Assembly: GCA_963770835.1 (NCBI GenBank)
Contig: CAVYRH010000011.1
Location: 224,001 to 288,000, forward strand
Length of the DNA: 64,000 bases
Direction: 5' to 3'
Origin: an uncultured Pseudomonadota bacterium
GTDB lineage: Bacteria; Oederibacteriota; Muellerivitia; Muellerivitales; Muellerivitaceae
Part shown: piece by piece, positions 50,477 to 61,800 of the stretch
Numbering within the stretch: the first letter of the stretch is position 1
Layout of the letters: each line of letters begins with the position of its first letter
The notes under the pieces: generated by a model
The model's input: the letters and a program-made list of their open reading frames with translations, nothing else
What the model was told of the DNA's origin: nothing
Databases searched by the model: none
Made by a program: the position numbers and the translations under genes

Positions 50477-50499
50477 TACGGCTTTCCTCGTCCCAGGCC

Positions 50500-52729
50500 T
50501 CAGGCCATTAGTTTTTCAATACTCGTAAAAAACAGATCCGCCAGTTTGCCGACGGAAACGTTGATCTCATTCCCCACCACCAGCCCATCGCCGCCCACCT
50601 GGCCTATTTTCTCACAAGGAACTCCGAATTTCCTGGCCAAGGCTTCAAGTTGGGCTCCATTAGCGGGCCCGCAGGAAACCACCACCCTGGACTGGGTCTC
50701 CCCAAAAAGGCGGCCATCCAATCTCCCGGTGCCGGGCAAGGATAGCTTGGCGCCATGGATTTTTGATTCGTGGGTCAAACCTGTCACGCAGGACTCCGCC
50801 AAGGCCACCGCAAAACCGCCATCCGAGCAATCATGGGCACTTTGGAGCAGTTTGGCATCGGCCATGGTTTTTAAAGCCCGGTGAAGTTGATGCTCGGCCT
50901 CTAAGTTCAATTTAGGACAGCGGCCAGTCTTTTTTCCATGGATTAGCTGTAAATACCGGCTACCGCCAATCGTATCCCCAATATCCCCAAGTAAATAGAT
51001 AAGATCGCCGTCCTCCTTGAACCACTGGGTCACGGCGGTAGTTACATCAGCAAACAAGCCGATCATTCCCACAATAGGGGTCGGATCGATGGCGCCCGAT
51101 GGATTTTCGTTATAAAGCGAGACATTCCCCCCCGTAATGGGGATGTTGAAGGCCCGGCAGGCGTCACCCAACCCGGCTATAACCCGGTCGAAATAATAAA
51201 AAATTTCCGGCTTTTCGGGGCTTCCAAAATTCAGGCAATCGGTCATGCCGATGGGTTCGGCCCCAGAGCAGGCGATATTACGGGCGGCTTCCGCCACCAC
51301 GGCTTTAGCGCCCTCGTAGGGGTCAAGCGCGCAATAGGAACCTAGGCCGTCAATGGTCATGGCCAGCCCCAAGGAAGTGCCTTTTACCCTGAGGACCCCC
51401 GCGTCCGAACCAGGACGAACCAAGGTATTGGAACGAACCATATGGTCGTATTGCTGGTAAACCCAGCGCTTGCTGGCGATTGTCGGGTCGGACAAGAAGC
51501 TGTTCTAAAACATTACCCAAGTCTTTCGGCACCGATACGGTACCCTCGTCAAAGTCCCGGTGCTTTTTCAGGATGGCGGGCTCGCTTTTAGCCGGGTGGT
51601 AAACCGGCGCCTCGGTGAGGGAATCGGCAGGGACATCGGCCACCACTTTCCCATTTTCCTTGACGACCATTCGGCCCGTATCGGTGACGAAACCGATGGT
51701 GGCGGCATGGAGATCCCACTTGGCCAGGATATCATGGACCTTTTGTTCGCATCCGGGTTTTGCCACCAGGAGCATTCGCTCCTGGGACTCTGAAAGGAGG
51801 ATTTCATAGGGGGTCATTCCCCTTTCCCGCTGAGGTACCTTGGCTACATCGATTTCGATGCCGACCCCACCCCGGCTGGCCATTTCGCAAGTGGAACAGG
51901 TCAATCCTGCCGCGCCCATGTCTTGGATTCCCACCAAAAGATCGCTATGAATGAGTTCTAGCGTGGCTTCCATAAGGAGTTTTTCCATGAAAGGGTCGGC
52001 CACTTGGACCGCGCTTCGCTTTTCGGTGGATTCGTCGGTGATTTCAGTGGAAGCGAAGGTGGCCCCGTGGATGCCGTCCCGGCCCGTGGTAGCGCCGATA
52101 TAAATGACCGGGTTGTTCACCCCGGAAGCCCTGCCCTTGATGATGTGTTCGTGCCGCACCAGCCCCACCGACATGGCATTAACCAGGCAATTTTCGGTAT
52201 AGGATTCGTCGAAGACCACTTCCCCTGCCACCGTCGGAATGCCCATGCAATTCCCGTAATCGGCGATGCCCTTTACCACACCCGTGAAAAGGCGTTTAAC
52301 CTTCGGATCGGTCAAGGGGCCGAATCGCAAGGAATTGAGGGATGCGACGGGCCGCGCGCCCATGGTGAAGATGTCACGGAGGATGCCGCCGACGCCGGTC
52401 GCCGCACCCTGGTACGGCTCAATGGCGGAAGGGTGGTTGTGGGATTCCACCTTAAAGGCCACCGCCCAGCCTTCGCCGATGTCCATGATCCCGGCGTTTT
52501 CGCCTGGGCCTTGAAGCACCTTGGGCCCCTTGGTAGGCAATGTTTTCAGGAGCGCCCTGGAATGTTTATAACCGCAGTGCTCGCTCCACATGACCGAATA
52601 AAGCCCGAGTTCAGTGATGTTGGGCTTGCGGTCCAGAATTTTGCAGATTCGGTCGTATTCCTCGGGTTTAAGGCCGTGTTCCTTGATGACCTGGGGTGTG
52701 ATTGCAACATCCATGATGGAAGCCGTCAT
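50500..52729 (-). CDS. purL: FGAM synthase subunit PurL, split by a +1 frameshift near 51495
   Basis: N-half [28 protein letters not shown] (ORF 51350-52729). C-half [34 protein letters not shown] (ORF 50500-51495). Confidence 0.95.
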
Positions 52730-53424
52730 GCGACACTCACCTTGGCGGAGAGGATGGATTTCCAGATAAATTGGCCGTCATGGCTGCCCAAAATATCCTC
52801 ACCAGACCGATCCGGATGGGGCATGAGTCCGAAAACGTTACGTTTTTCATTGCAAACGCCTGCGATGTTGTCCAAGGAACCATTTGGATTCGATTCCGGG
52901 GTTATGTTTCCCTTTTCGTCACAATAGCGCGTCACAACCTGGCGGTGGTCCTGTAGGTTCTTCAACCCTTCGGAATCGATGAAGTAATTCCCTTCCCCAT
53001 GGGCGATGGGAATCTTCAAAACCTGGTTCATCTTACAAGCGTTGGTGAAAGGCGTGTCCGTCTGTTCCACCTTGATATAAACATTCTTGCAGATGAACTG
53101 GAGGCTCCTGTTACGGATCAACACGCCGGGAAGTAGGCCGGCTTCGCAGAGGATCTGGAAACCGTTGCAAATACCGATAACCAGGCCGCCTTTGGCTGCA
53201 AAATCGGCCACCGACCTCATTACGGGGGAAAAGCGGGCGATGGCGCCTGTGCGCAGGTAATCCCCGTAAGAAAAACCCCCTGGCACAATCACGCAGTCCG
53301 GGTTCTTCAAGTCGGTTTCCTTATGCCAAATCATTTCCACTTTTTGGCCCATAACGTCCCGGATCACGTATTCACAGTCGTGATCACAATTGGAGCCCGG
53401 GAAAACCGTCACCGAAAACTTCAT
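52726..53424 (-). CDS. purQ: FGAM synthase glutaminase subunit
   Basis: [34 protein letters not shown]. Confidence 0.98.
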   Translation of the reverse strand: MKFSVTVFPGSNCDHDCEYVIRDVMGQKVEMIWHKETDLKNPDCVIVPGGFSYGDYLRTGAIARFSPVMRSVADFAAKGGLVIGICNGFQILCEAGLLPGVLIRNRSLQFICKNVYIKVEQTDTPFTNACKMNQVLKIPIAHGEGNYFIDSEGLKNLQDHRQVVTRYCDEKGNITPESNPNGSLDNIAGVCNEKRNVFGLMPHPDRSGEDILGSHDGQFIWKSILSAKVSVA

Positions 53425-53675
53425 TTCTTCTCCACTGTGAAGCGATAAGATTCAATGTTGGGATTGGCTAAAAGCTTGTCACAAATCTCGTCGGCCTGCT
53501 TTTTCACCTCAGTCTCGGAAAGGCTTCCCTCGAATTCCAGCTCAGTGAATTTTCCCATGCGAACTCCTTGGACTGCCTTGTACCCCATCTGGTTCAAGGC
53601 CCGTTGAACGGTAGCCCCTTGGGGGTCTTGGACCGAAGGTTTCAACGTTACATAAACGCTCACGTGCCAACCCAT
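53421..53675 (-). CDS. purS: FGAM synthase subunit PurS
   Basis: [25 protein letters not shown]. Confidence 0.96.
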   Translation of the reverse strand: MGWHVSVYVTLKPSVQDPQGATVQRALNQMGYKAVQGVRMGKFTELEFEGSLSETEVKKQADEICDKLLANPNIESYRFTVEKK

Positions 53676-53685
53676 TGCTCGCTCC

Positions 53686-54981
53686 TTAAATGATTCCCGC
53701 CCGTTTCAGGATGTAATTCACGTTCTTCAAGTGATAGGAAAGATTAAAACATTCTTCAATCTCACTCGGCGTCAAAACTTTAGTAACGTCCGGATCGGCC
53801 TCGATCAATTGCCGGAAATTCGCCTCATTTTCCCACGCTTTCAAAGCGTTCCGTTGGACGATGGCGTAAGCCTTTTCCCTTGTATATCCCCTCTTTACCA
53901 GGGCTAAAAGCACTTGTTGGGAGGAAACCAATCCGCGGGTCAGCTGGATGTTGCGTTTCATGCGTTCCGGATAGACGTTGAGCTTCTCCATGATGCCGAT
54001 GAACTTTGCCAGCATGTAATGCAGCAGGATGGTGGCGTCCGGCAGGATAATGCGCTCGGCCGAGGAATGGGTAATATCCCGCTCGTGCCACAAAGCCACG
54101 TTTTCCTGGGCGGCCAGGGCGTAACCCCGCATGACACGGGCCAAGCCTGCCACCCGTTCGGCCGTCAAGGGATTACGTTTGTGCGGCATGGCCGAGGAGC
54201 CCTTTTGGCCCACGGCAAAATATTCCTCCGCTTCCAGTATCTCGGTGCGCTGGAGGTTCCGGATTTCGGTGGCGAATTTTTCCAGCGAGGAGGCGATGAC
54301 CGCCAGGACCGACATAAAGTAGGCATGGCGGTCGCGCTGGAGGGTTTGGGTGGAAACGGGGGCGGGTTTCAAGCCCAGGATCTGGCATACGTGTTTTTCG
54401 ACGCGGGGGTCGATGTTGGCGAAGGTACCCACAGCCCCGGAGATCATGCCCACCGCCATTTGTTCCCGGGCCTGTTCAAGGCGTTCGATCTGACGTCCCA
54501 CCTCATCATACCAAAGGGCCATTTTGAGGCCGAAAGTGATGGGTTCGGCGTGCACCCCATGGGTGCGTCCGATCATCATGGAAAAACGGTGTTTCCGGGC
54601 CTGGCGTTTAAGGACTTCCCTTAGTTTTTTTAATTGGGCGAGGATCAAATCGGAGGCGGTGGTCAACTGAAGAGCCTGTGCCGTATCCACCACGTCGGTG
54701 GAAGTGAGCCCCAGGTGGATAAAACGCGAGGAGGGCCCAACGTTTTCGGCCACGGAAGTCAAAAAAGATATGAGGTCGTGGTTTGTCTTGCGCTCGATGG
54801 CTTCGATTCGTTTTACGGAGAATTTGGCCCTTTTCTTGATGACCATCAAGTCTTTGGGGGGGATGCGCCCCAGTCGGGCCCAAGCCTCGCAAGCCGCAAT
54901 TTCCACCTTCAACCAGGATTCGAACTTGGACTGTTCGGACCAAAGGGCGCCCATTTCCGGCAAGGTGTAACGCGGTATCAA
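53686..54981 (-). CDS. purB: Adenylosuccinate lyase
   Basis: TTG start MIPRY after GGGAG. GRTHGVHAEP, GSSAMPHKRNP, LWHERDITHSS. Confidence 0.97.
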   Translation of the reverse strand: MIPRYTLPEMGALWSEQSKFESWLKVEIAACEAWARLGRIPPKDLMVIKKRAKFSVKRIEAIERKTNHDLISFLTSVAENVGPSSRFIHLGLTSTDVVDTAQALQLTTASDLILAQLKKLREVLKRQARKHRFSMMIGRTHGVHAEPITFGLKMALWYDEVGRQIERLEQAREQMAVGMISGAVGTFANIDPRVEKHVCQILGLKPAPVSTQTLQRDRHAYFMSVLAVIASSLEKFATEIRNLQRTEILEAEEYFAVGQKGSSAMPHKRNPLTAERVAGLARVMRGYALAAQENVALWHERDITHSSAERIILPDATILLHYMLAKFIGIMEKLNVYPERMKRNIQLTRGLVSSQQVLLALVKRGYTREKAYAIVQRNALKAWENEANFRQLIEADPDVTKVLTPSEIEECFNLSYHLKNVNYILKRAGII

Positions 54982-55188
54982 GTCGTCTCCCTGAAAAAAT
55001 AAAGTCCTGCGGTTTCGCCCCAACGCGGAACCAGGAGTGCTACGTCTTAAACTATTTCAAATTCAACCGATGAGCGAGGAAAGGAAAACAACGGGGAAAA
55101 CGGGAACAGTATAAAAGACTCCGGGAATTCCACCAACAAAAAACAGTTAGTGAATCCGCCCTCAATCATCCAGGAGTGGGCATCGGAC

Positions 55189-55410
55189 TCAAACAGCCAC
55201 CACTTCCCTGACTTCGGGGATTTGTTCCATCAGCATCCGTTCCACGCCCCGCCGGAGGGTATTCATCGAGCCACCACAGGTGCCGCAGACTCCGATAAAA
55301 CGAACTCGCACGATCCCATTCGGGGTCACTTCGAGAAGTTCAATGTCACCCCCATCCGCTTGGAGAATAGCACTTATTTCCTTGATGACTTCCTGGACTT
55401 TTTCCCGCAT
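55189..55410 (-). CDS. NifU C-terminal (Nfu) Fe-S carrier protein
   Basis: LQADGGDIELL..GVCGTC..TLRRGVERML. Confidence 0.9.
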   Translation of the reverse strand: MREKVQEVIKEISAILQADGGDIELLEVTPNGIVRVRFIGVCGTCGGSMNTLRRGVERMLMEQIPEVREVVAV

Positions 55411-55458
55411 CGAAGCTCCTAGCATCTATTTGGCCGGCCAGCTACGGAACCCGGGAAT

Positions 55459-56235
55459 TCAACTATCGATTTCAAGGCCTTTTTCCCAAGGCCAATCCAA
55501 AAAATGAGGAAAATGATGCTTGGCCGTCAGGTCCAAGTGGAGGGGAGTCACCGAAACGTAACCTTCCCGCACCTTGGACACATCAGACTCCGGATGTTCC
55601 ATCAAGGGTTCGCTGGGGCTGTTCAGGATATAACTGAAATGACCCTCCAGTTCACCGTGGGGCTCCAAATCTTCCACGTGGCGAAATTGTCCTTGGTGTG
55701 TCAGGACGATACCTTTGATTTTTTCCAGTTCAAGGGGTGGAACGTTCACGTTGAGAAAAACCCCCTGCGCCAGGCCCTTCTTTTGAATCCATTGGGCGAC
55801 CTTTTTGGCAAAATGAGCGCTTGCGGTAAAATCCTTGTAGATGTGGCTGGTCAGTGAAACCGCCATGGCTGGAACGCCCAAAAGCACCGCTTCCGCCGCC
55901 CCGGCTACAGTACCCGAATAGAGGATCAAGGAGCCGTAATTAGCCCCCTGGTTAATGCCTGAAATCACCAAGTCGGGTTTCCACGGCAGAAGTTTTAAAA
56001 TCGCGGTTCTGACGCAATCCGCAGGGGTGCTGGAAACCCGGTAGGAAAAAGGAACATCCGGCCACGCTGGGGAAACCACCTTGAACGGCGCGTTCAGGGA
56101 AATGGAGTGGCCCGTGGCGCTGGCCTGTTGGTCGGGAGCTGAAACGGCCACCTCGCCCAGAGGCTTAACCGCCTCATAAAGCGCCCGGAGTCCAGCCGCG
56201 TCAATTCCGTCGTCGTTGGTCAGCAGTATTTTCAT
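55459..56235 (-). CDS. surE: 5'/3'-nucleotidase SurE
   Basis: MKILLTNDDG, TPADCV, SGINQGAN, YSGTVAGA, VSVTPL. Confidence 0.96.
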   Translation of the reverse strand: MKILLTNDDGIDAAGLRALYEAVKPLGEVAVSAPDQQASATGHSISLNAPFKVVSPAWPDVPFSYRVSSTPADCVRTAILKLLPWKPDLVISGINQGANYGSLILYSGTVAGAAEAVLLGVPAMAVSLTSHIYKDFTASAHFAKKVAQWIQKKGLAQGVFLNVNVPPLELEKIKGIVLTHQGQFRHVEDLEPHGELEGHFSYILNSPSEPLMEHPESDVSKVREGYVSVTPLHLDLTAKHHFPHFLDWPWEKGLEIDS

Positions 56236-56342
56236 GCGCGTAGGATAGGACAAAGACTAAGGCGGAACAATAGCGCAGGGATTTAAGGCGTCGCGTTGGC
56301 TTTCGGCTGAATACCCAAACGGCCCCTTCAAAAAGGTTGCGG

Positions 56343-58679
56343 TTAGAAAAGGTTCCCAAGATTGAAATTCAAAACACCGCCTGAAGGAGCGGCGGCTGGA
56401 GACAAGTCGGAAGCAATGGCCCATCCGTAATCCAGGCGGATATCCATGATGGTTCCGGGAATCGTCAAACGGATCCCAAGGCCCCAATCGTATTGAACGT
56501 GGGATTCATACAGGCTCCAAGCGTTGGTCCAGCAATCGCCAGCGTCGAAAAACGCCACCCCGACCAAGGGTCCGACGAGGGTACGCCTTAATTCCGTGTT
56601 GGAGACGAATAATGCGTTTCCACCCGATACGGGGCCGACGGTACGGAAGTTGTAACCGCGAAGCGTATCCATACCGCCCGCGAAAAACTTCTCATAGATG
56701 GGCAAATCCGTATAACCCCGCCCCTCGAACCAGTAGCCCTGGGCCACGCCCATATTGACGTGTTCCCCAAGGACGAAGTCGACGGGCAAAGGAATAAAAC
56801 GGCTGGAATCCGCGATAACTTTAACAAAATTATTGTCGAACCCCAGGGGCCCTCCTGCGAACTCGACGGAGAGAGAGTGTTTCCATCCGTCGGTGGGATT
56901 GAAATAATTATTGCGGCTGTCATAAACGATCCGGGGCGTAAAACTGCTCGTGGTGGTGTCCGTGGCGGCGATATATTGAGGCGTCCCAATGGTGGTGAAA
57001 TTGGAGTCAATGTTGTAGATATCGACGTTTTGCAGCGAATAAGTTCCAAAAACGCTCCAATAGCGGCTCAACCGCCTTCCCAACTGTAGGGAACCGCCAA
57101 TTTGGGTTTCAGTGTAGAAGGAATTGGTGCCATCCGGATTGGGAACGGCCGTCGTCCAATACTGGGTGGTATCAAAAAGGTTGATGCTCATGGAAGTCCG
57201 GGTGTTGAAGAGCCAAGGCTCGGTAAACCCGATGCTGAAACTGGACACCAGCGACCCAAATTCAAGATCGATACTGGCATGCTGCCCTTTTCCGAAAAGA
57301 TTCGCCTCCTCCAACTTGACGTTCCCCACCAATCCCTGGATGGAACTGTATCCCCCACCCACGCTGATAGAACCCGTTTTCCGTTCCTTCACACGGAAAA
57401 CAAGAATTTCTTTGTCGGGGGTGTCTCCGGGCTCAACCTCGGGGTTGATCTCGTCGAAAAAACCTAAATTGTAAAGGTCCTCTACCGACATCTTGATCTT
57501 GGCGGCCTCGAATTTGTCACCCGGGTGGATTTCCAATTCCCGGCGAATAACATAATCCTGCGTCTTATAATTCCCGACGATTTTAATGTCCTGGACATAG
57601 GCGACTTGGCCTTCCGTAACGTCAAAAGTGACATCAACCCTTTTTAAATCGTCGTCGTAATTCATGTCAGGTTCGAGATGGGCATAAATGTAGCCTTTAT
57701 CGGCATACAAGGTGCGCATATTCTTGGCCCCGTCGTCGAAATCTTTTTTCCTTAAAAGGTCACCTTTTTTCAGTTTGAATACCCTTAAAAGATCCGAATC
57801 ATCAAAAAGGATATTGCCCCTAAATTTAACGTTGCCCAGGGTGTACTTGATCCCCTCGTTGACTTTGAGGGTGATAAAAACCCGCTTTTTTTCCTGATTA
57901 ATCTTTTCCTCGTGGCTTAACACCACTGCCTTCAGATAACCCTCGTCATGATAAAAATCCTCGATGGCCTTCAAGTCATCGTCCAATTGGTCGGGCTTGA
58001 ATTTGTCCCCCTTCTTGTTTTCCTTCATCTGGCTGGCGATTTTATCGCCGCTGAAGGCTTGTGCTCCGAGGACTTCGATACCGCCTATCTTGATTTGAGA
58101 GCCCTCGTTGATCTCCATCACCAAATCAACATTATTGTCCTGGGGATTATTCTGAATTTTGGCTTCAACCGTGACGGTGGGATAACCTTCGTCCAAGTAG
58201 AGTTTTTTAACCGCCGCTATGTCGGCGTTCAATTGGGCCTGGTTGTAAGGCGACTTCGGGGCCAGTTTCATTTCGTCCAGAAACTTCTTGGAATCCCATT
58301 TCTTATTGCCCTTGAATATGATCCTGTCGATCAGTGGTCTCTCCACAACCTTAAAAACAAGGACGATTTGGCCGGGCTTCTCACCGGCTTGCGCCTCCAC
58401 CTTGACATCCTTGAAATCACCAGTCGAGAAAAGATTGTGGATGTCCATGCGTACCCGGCGGAGTGAAAACGGGTCCCCTTCCTTCTCCTGCAGGTGACCG
58501 TAGACGATCAAGCTGGAGACGTTCTTATTTCCCTCAATTTTAATGGAAGAAATTTTGAGGACATCCTTGTCGCTTTGGGCCCGTAGAAATCCGGCGCATC
58601 CAAAAAAGAAGGCCAGGGCGACAAAAAGCCCCAACCGGGTGGGTCCGATGGCGTTGAAACGGAGTTGATTCAAAAACAA
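56343..58679 (-). CDS. bamA: Outer-membrane protein assembly factor BamA
   Basis: POTRA repeats (GNYKTQDYVIRREL, YNLGFF), NLFGKGQ, FTEPWLF, GGMDTLRGY, C-terminal Phe. Confidence 0.95.
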   Translation of the reverse strand: MFLNQLRFNAIGPTRLGLFVALAFFFGCAGFLRAQSDKDVLKISSIKIEGNKNVSSLIVYGHLQEKEGDPFSLRRVRMDIHNLFSTGDFKDVKVEAQAGEKPGQIVLVFKVVERPLIDRIIFKGNKKWDSKKFLDEMKLAPKSPYNQAQLNADIAAVKKLYLDEGYPTVTVEAKIQNNPQDNNVDLVMEINEGSQIKIGGIEVLGAQAFSGDKIASQMKENKKGDKFKPDQLDDDLKAIEDFYHDEGYLKAVVLSHEEKINQEKKRVFITLKVNEGIKYTLGNVKFRGNILFDDSDLLRVFKLKKGDLLRKKDFDDGAKNMRTLYADKGYIYAHLEPDMNYDDDLKRVDVTFDVTEGQVAYVQDIKIVGNYKTQDYVIRRELEIHPGDKFEAAKIKMSVEDLYNLGFFDEINPEVEPGDTPDKEILVFRVKERKTGSISVGGGYSSIQGLVGNVKLEEANLFGKGQHASIDLEFGSLVSSFSIGFTEPWLFNTRTSMSINLFDTTQYWTTAVPNPDGTNSFYTETQIGGSLQLGRRLSRYWSVFGTYSLQNVDIYNIDSNFTTIGTPQYIAATDTTTSSFTPRIVYDSRNNYFNPTDGWKHSLSVEFAGGPLGFDNNFVKVIADSSRFIPLPVDFVLGEHVNMGVAQGYWFEGRGYTDLPIYEKFFAGGMDTLRGYNFRTVGPVSGGNALFVSNTELRRTLVGPLVGVAFFDAGDCWTNAWSLYESHVQYDWGLGIRLTIPGTIMDIRLDYGWAIASDLSPAAAPSGGVLNFNLGNLF

Positions 58680-58889
58680 ACTTTCCTCCTCGAAGGCTCA
58701 TGCCTTCGATCAAAACGAAATTTTAACGTCAACAAATCGCCAGAGAGGCGCGCAAAGACGCGCATTCTAGCATGGCTACATGGAAAATCGGCAAATGATA
58801 CTTCAATAATAACCTTACAAAAACGCTCATCCACTCCAATGACCCCACTATCCGAAAACAGTCCCTGTTTGGACGTTTCAAAGGCTTAG

Positions 58890-61800
58890 ATGGCACGAAA
58901 AGGATAGTTTTGCGGTCACCCCTGCGGTTTGTGATTAAAGACTCATCTTCGGGGACAAAAACCAGTTATCAACCGGCGGAAGCCGGTAATTTGCGAGTTT
59001 CAATCCTCTCGTTTTGGTTGAGGTCTTTCGCCGAGATTTGGAGTTTATAATCGGCTGCTTGGATCAAGTCCCTCAATGATCCACTTCATGATCATAATTC
59101 AGGCGTGCTGTTGGTTTTTCAACGTTGTCCTGAACGACTGGCCGTCCGAGTCCAGAACCTGAACTTCACATCGGGTAACTCTTGTCGGTTTCCCAAGCGA
59201 TATGGAATTTTCCCGGTAAAAGCGAGTCAAAGTCAAACGCAACGAAACGTGGTTTTTCCTATCCCCTACGACGTTGGGGTTGCTGATTTGGCAATTCCCA
59301 TCGTTTGTTCAACATGACCCGTTGATCTGGTTGACCGACTTCATTTTGCCCACCCGAACGCATCCAGGGTGAAATTGGGCCCGATGTCGTACTGCCAAAC
59401 CCAAGCCTGCCTCTGTAGCCCAGGCTGACCGTGGTGTTATTACTATTGACCCCTACCGACGCTGTTACTGAAAACCGTTGTCCATGTATCTTTCAATTGG
59501 ACTTCCAAAAGTTCGTAGTTGGACTCACCGCGAGAGGCATTCCGCCAGGTAGGGTTTACCAAGGGATCCGCGCCCGGGGTGGCCACTGGGGCGGGACACC
59601 GGAGAAGATGGCGAACGTTCGTCTTGATATTAACCTCCGTGGGCCTCAGAAGTTGGGGCCCAAGGCTCCGGAACAAAGTGCTGCCCAGATCGAGAAATAC
59701 CGGTTGATAAATCGTCTGCGGCTGCCCATGACCAGTCCCACTTTTTGCTGATAAGGTTCCGAATGTATTCCTGGGAATAAGTGGTGGGGGTGCCTGTGGT
59801 AAGACCCGTCATATCAGTGCCGAACATGATGTAGGAAAGCAGTATATTCTGGGAGGCGTCCCCATAGCTGCCGGGGCGAAGGTAGGTTGGGAGCTGAGCT
59901 TGAAGTCAATATCCCCAAAAGTTCCATTGAAGTCTACCCGGACGTTAAATCGGTTTGTCGGACGCCCCCCGGCGGTTAGGACATTGATGCCATGGAAGAT
60001 GTCCGTGGCATAACCCTCCATCCGGGGCGGTTGGCATCTTGGCGATGCTAAGGGAGATATCTTGCATTTCAAATTCATGGCCCAGATAGCGAAGCCAGCC
60101 CGATTTGGACTCGGCATTTCCCTCGCACTTGATCCCCCCTTGTCCGTTCCCCGGTCCGCGTCTTTCCCGAATATATGGATTCTGTCGCCGGATCAACCTT
60201 CAATTCGAGATACTGGGTATTGAACTCGTTTGAGTACCAGGTATCTTTGCCGGCCGCCAAGGTTAAATCAAAATTGACTCTGGCCAATTCCCGGTATTCG
60301 ATTTTTTGCCCAGTCTCATCGGTGTTTCGACCGGAGGGAAGGTGTAGTGGCCAGTATCCAAGAGCGCCGTGCCGATGACATTGGGCTCCGTTCAAAGGGC
60401 CCTGTATCAGCAGCGGATCATTGGGGGTGGCGCCATAAAAATAAATTTCACCCCATTCGCCATCGTCGCATGATAGTAGGGATGCTTAGCCATAAGCCGT
60501 GGGTTCCAATCGTTTGCACGCGGAAATCCAGGTATTGAGGAATGAAATCCACTAAGACCATCTTGCTCTGGTCAACGGGCGGCGAGGTGATGAAAACCCG
60601 GCCTTGCCCGATGCGGGCGTTTAAATCCTCCACGGCCAAGTGGTTGTGACGCACTTTAATCCGCCCGTTCAAGTCGTCGATGGATTGGGCGACCATAGGT
60701 GGGACGAGCTGGCATTTGGCCAAGTCCAGGTCCATCGTCACGTCGGGATTATCCAGTGTTCCGCCGATATGGGCGGAGAAGTCCATGTTTCCCGATGCCT
60801 TTTTCGCCCAGCCCGCCAAGAGGATCAAGCTAAAATCCCCTTTCTCCATCTTTGCGGTAATATCCATTTCACGGTTCCTAATTTTTTTCATTCCTTCCTC
60901 TGTCAAGGCTAGTGGCATTTTTCCAGCCAGTGTAAAGGTGAAAATGCCTTGGCGGCTGAGAGTGATGGGATTTTCCTCATCCCCCAGGAAAAGGGTGTTG
61001 TCGCTTTCTTTTAATTCTCCGTCCAATAGGTCAAATTTGAGGTCCCCCACCTGTCCGTCCATGACGGAGAGGGAAGCGGTAAAAATTGGTTCCGCTAATG
61101 TCCCCTCAAAGACCAAGGTGATAGCTGCCCGTTCCACTCAATGGAAAATTGGGCAAAATCCATCTTCCCGATTTCTTGGATCGGAACGTTTTTGGAATCC
61201 GAAACTAAACTGCAAGGTCCGTTAAGATCCAAGGCGCCATCTACCGAAAACAACCCCGTGGTATTGACCAGGTGTAAGTTATTAAAAAGAACGCGTTGGC
61301 CTAGCGACAAATCCACTTTGCCGACCAGTTGGGGATTCGAGTTGTCGAGGGGTTTGAATTCGATGACTTTATTGTGCACGCTTAAAGCCAAGTCAAAAGG
61401 AGTAGGCTGTTTGGTGTTGCTACCGGTTTCAATCACCGAAAGAAGACCATCAAAGGTAGGGCGGCTCTCTTTTTCCTCCAGGGCCAACCTTCCGGACATA
61501 TGGATCTGGCTCGTGAAATGAAGAAAACCGATAGGAAGGTCTTGAGTAGAACCGGATAGGTCCAAAACCGCAATAGTGGGGTCCTGGGCGTCCAAATAGG
61601 CGCTTCCCTGTTCAATGTCGATTTTTCCCTTGGGCAGGGTGATTTTATTATCCTTTTCCATGCTGATCTTCCCGCTGGAATAAGCGAAGTGAAGCCGGGC
61701 TTCGAGAACGATATTATTGTCGTACCTCAAATTTTCACCGGTCACCGTGAAATCCGCCACCGGCGCGGAAAAGGGGCCGGCTACCGACAAATTCCCGTTC

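Noticed and set aside
51350..51510. Programmed frameshift or natural split in purL
   Set aside because: No recognisable slippery site, and the same +1 insertion pattern occurs elsewhere, so sequencing error is more likely. Not proven without reads.
49979..54624. Long plus-strand ORFs opposite pur genes (e.g. 49979-50884, 52004-52927, 53914-54624)
   Set aside because: Antisense shadows of GC-rich conserved genes, with no recognisable motifs.
58890..60450. Stop-codon reassignment explaining the fragmented ORFs
   Set aside because: Breaks are frame changes rather than in-frame stops, and TAA, TAG and TGA all terminate intact genes elsewhere in the window.
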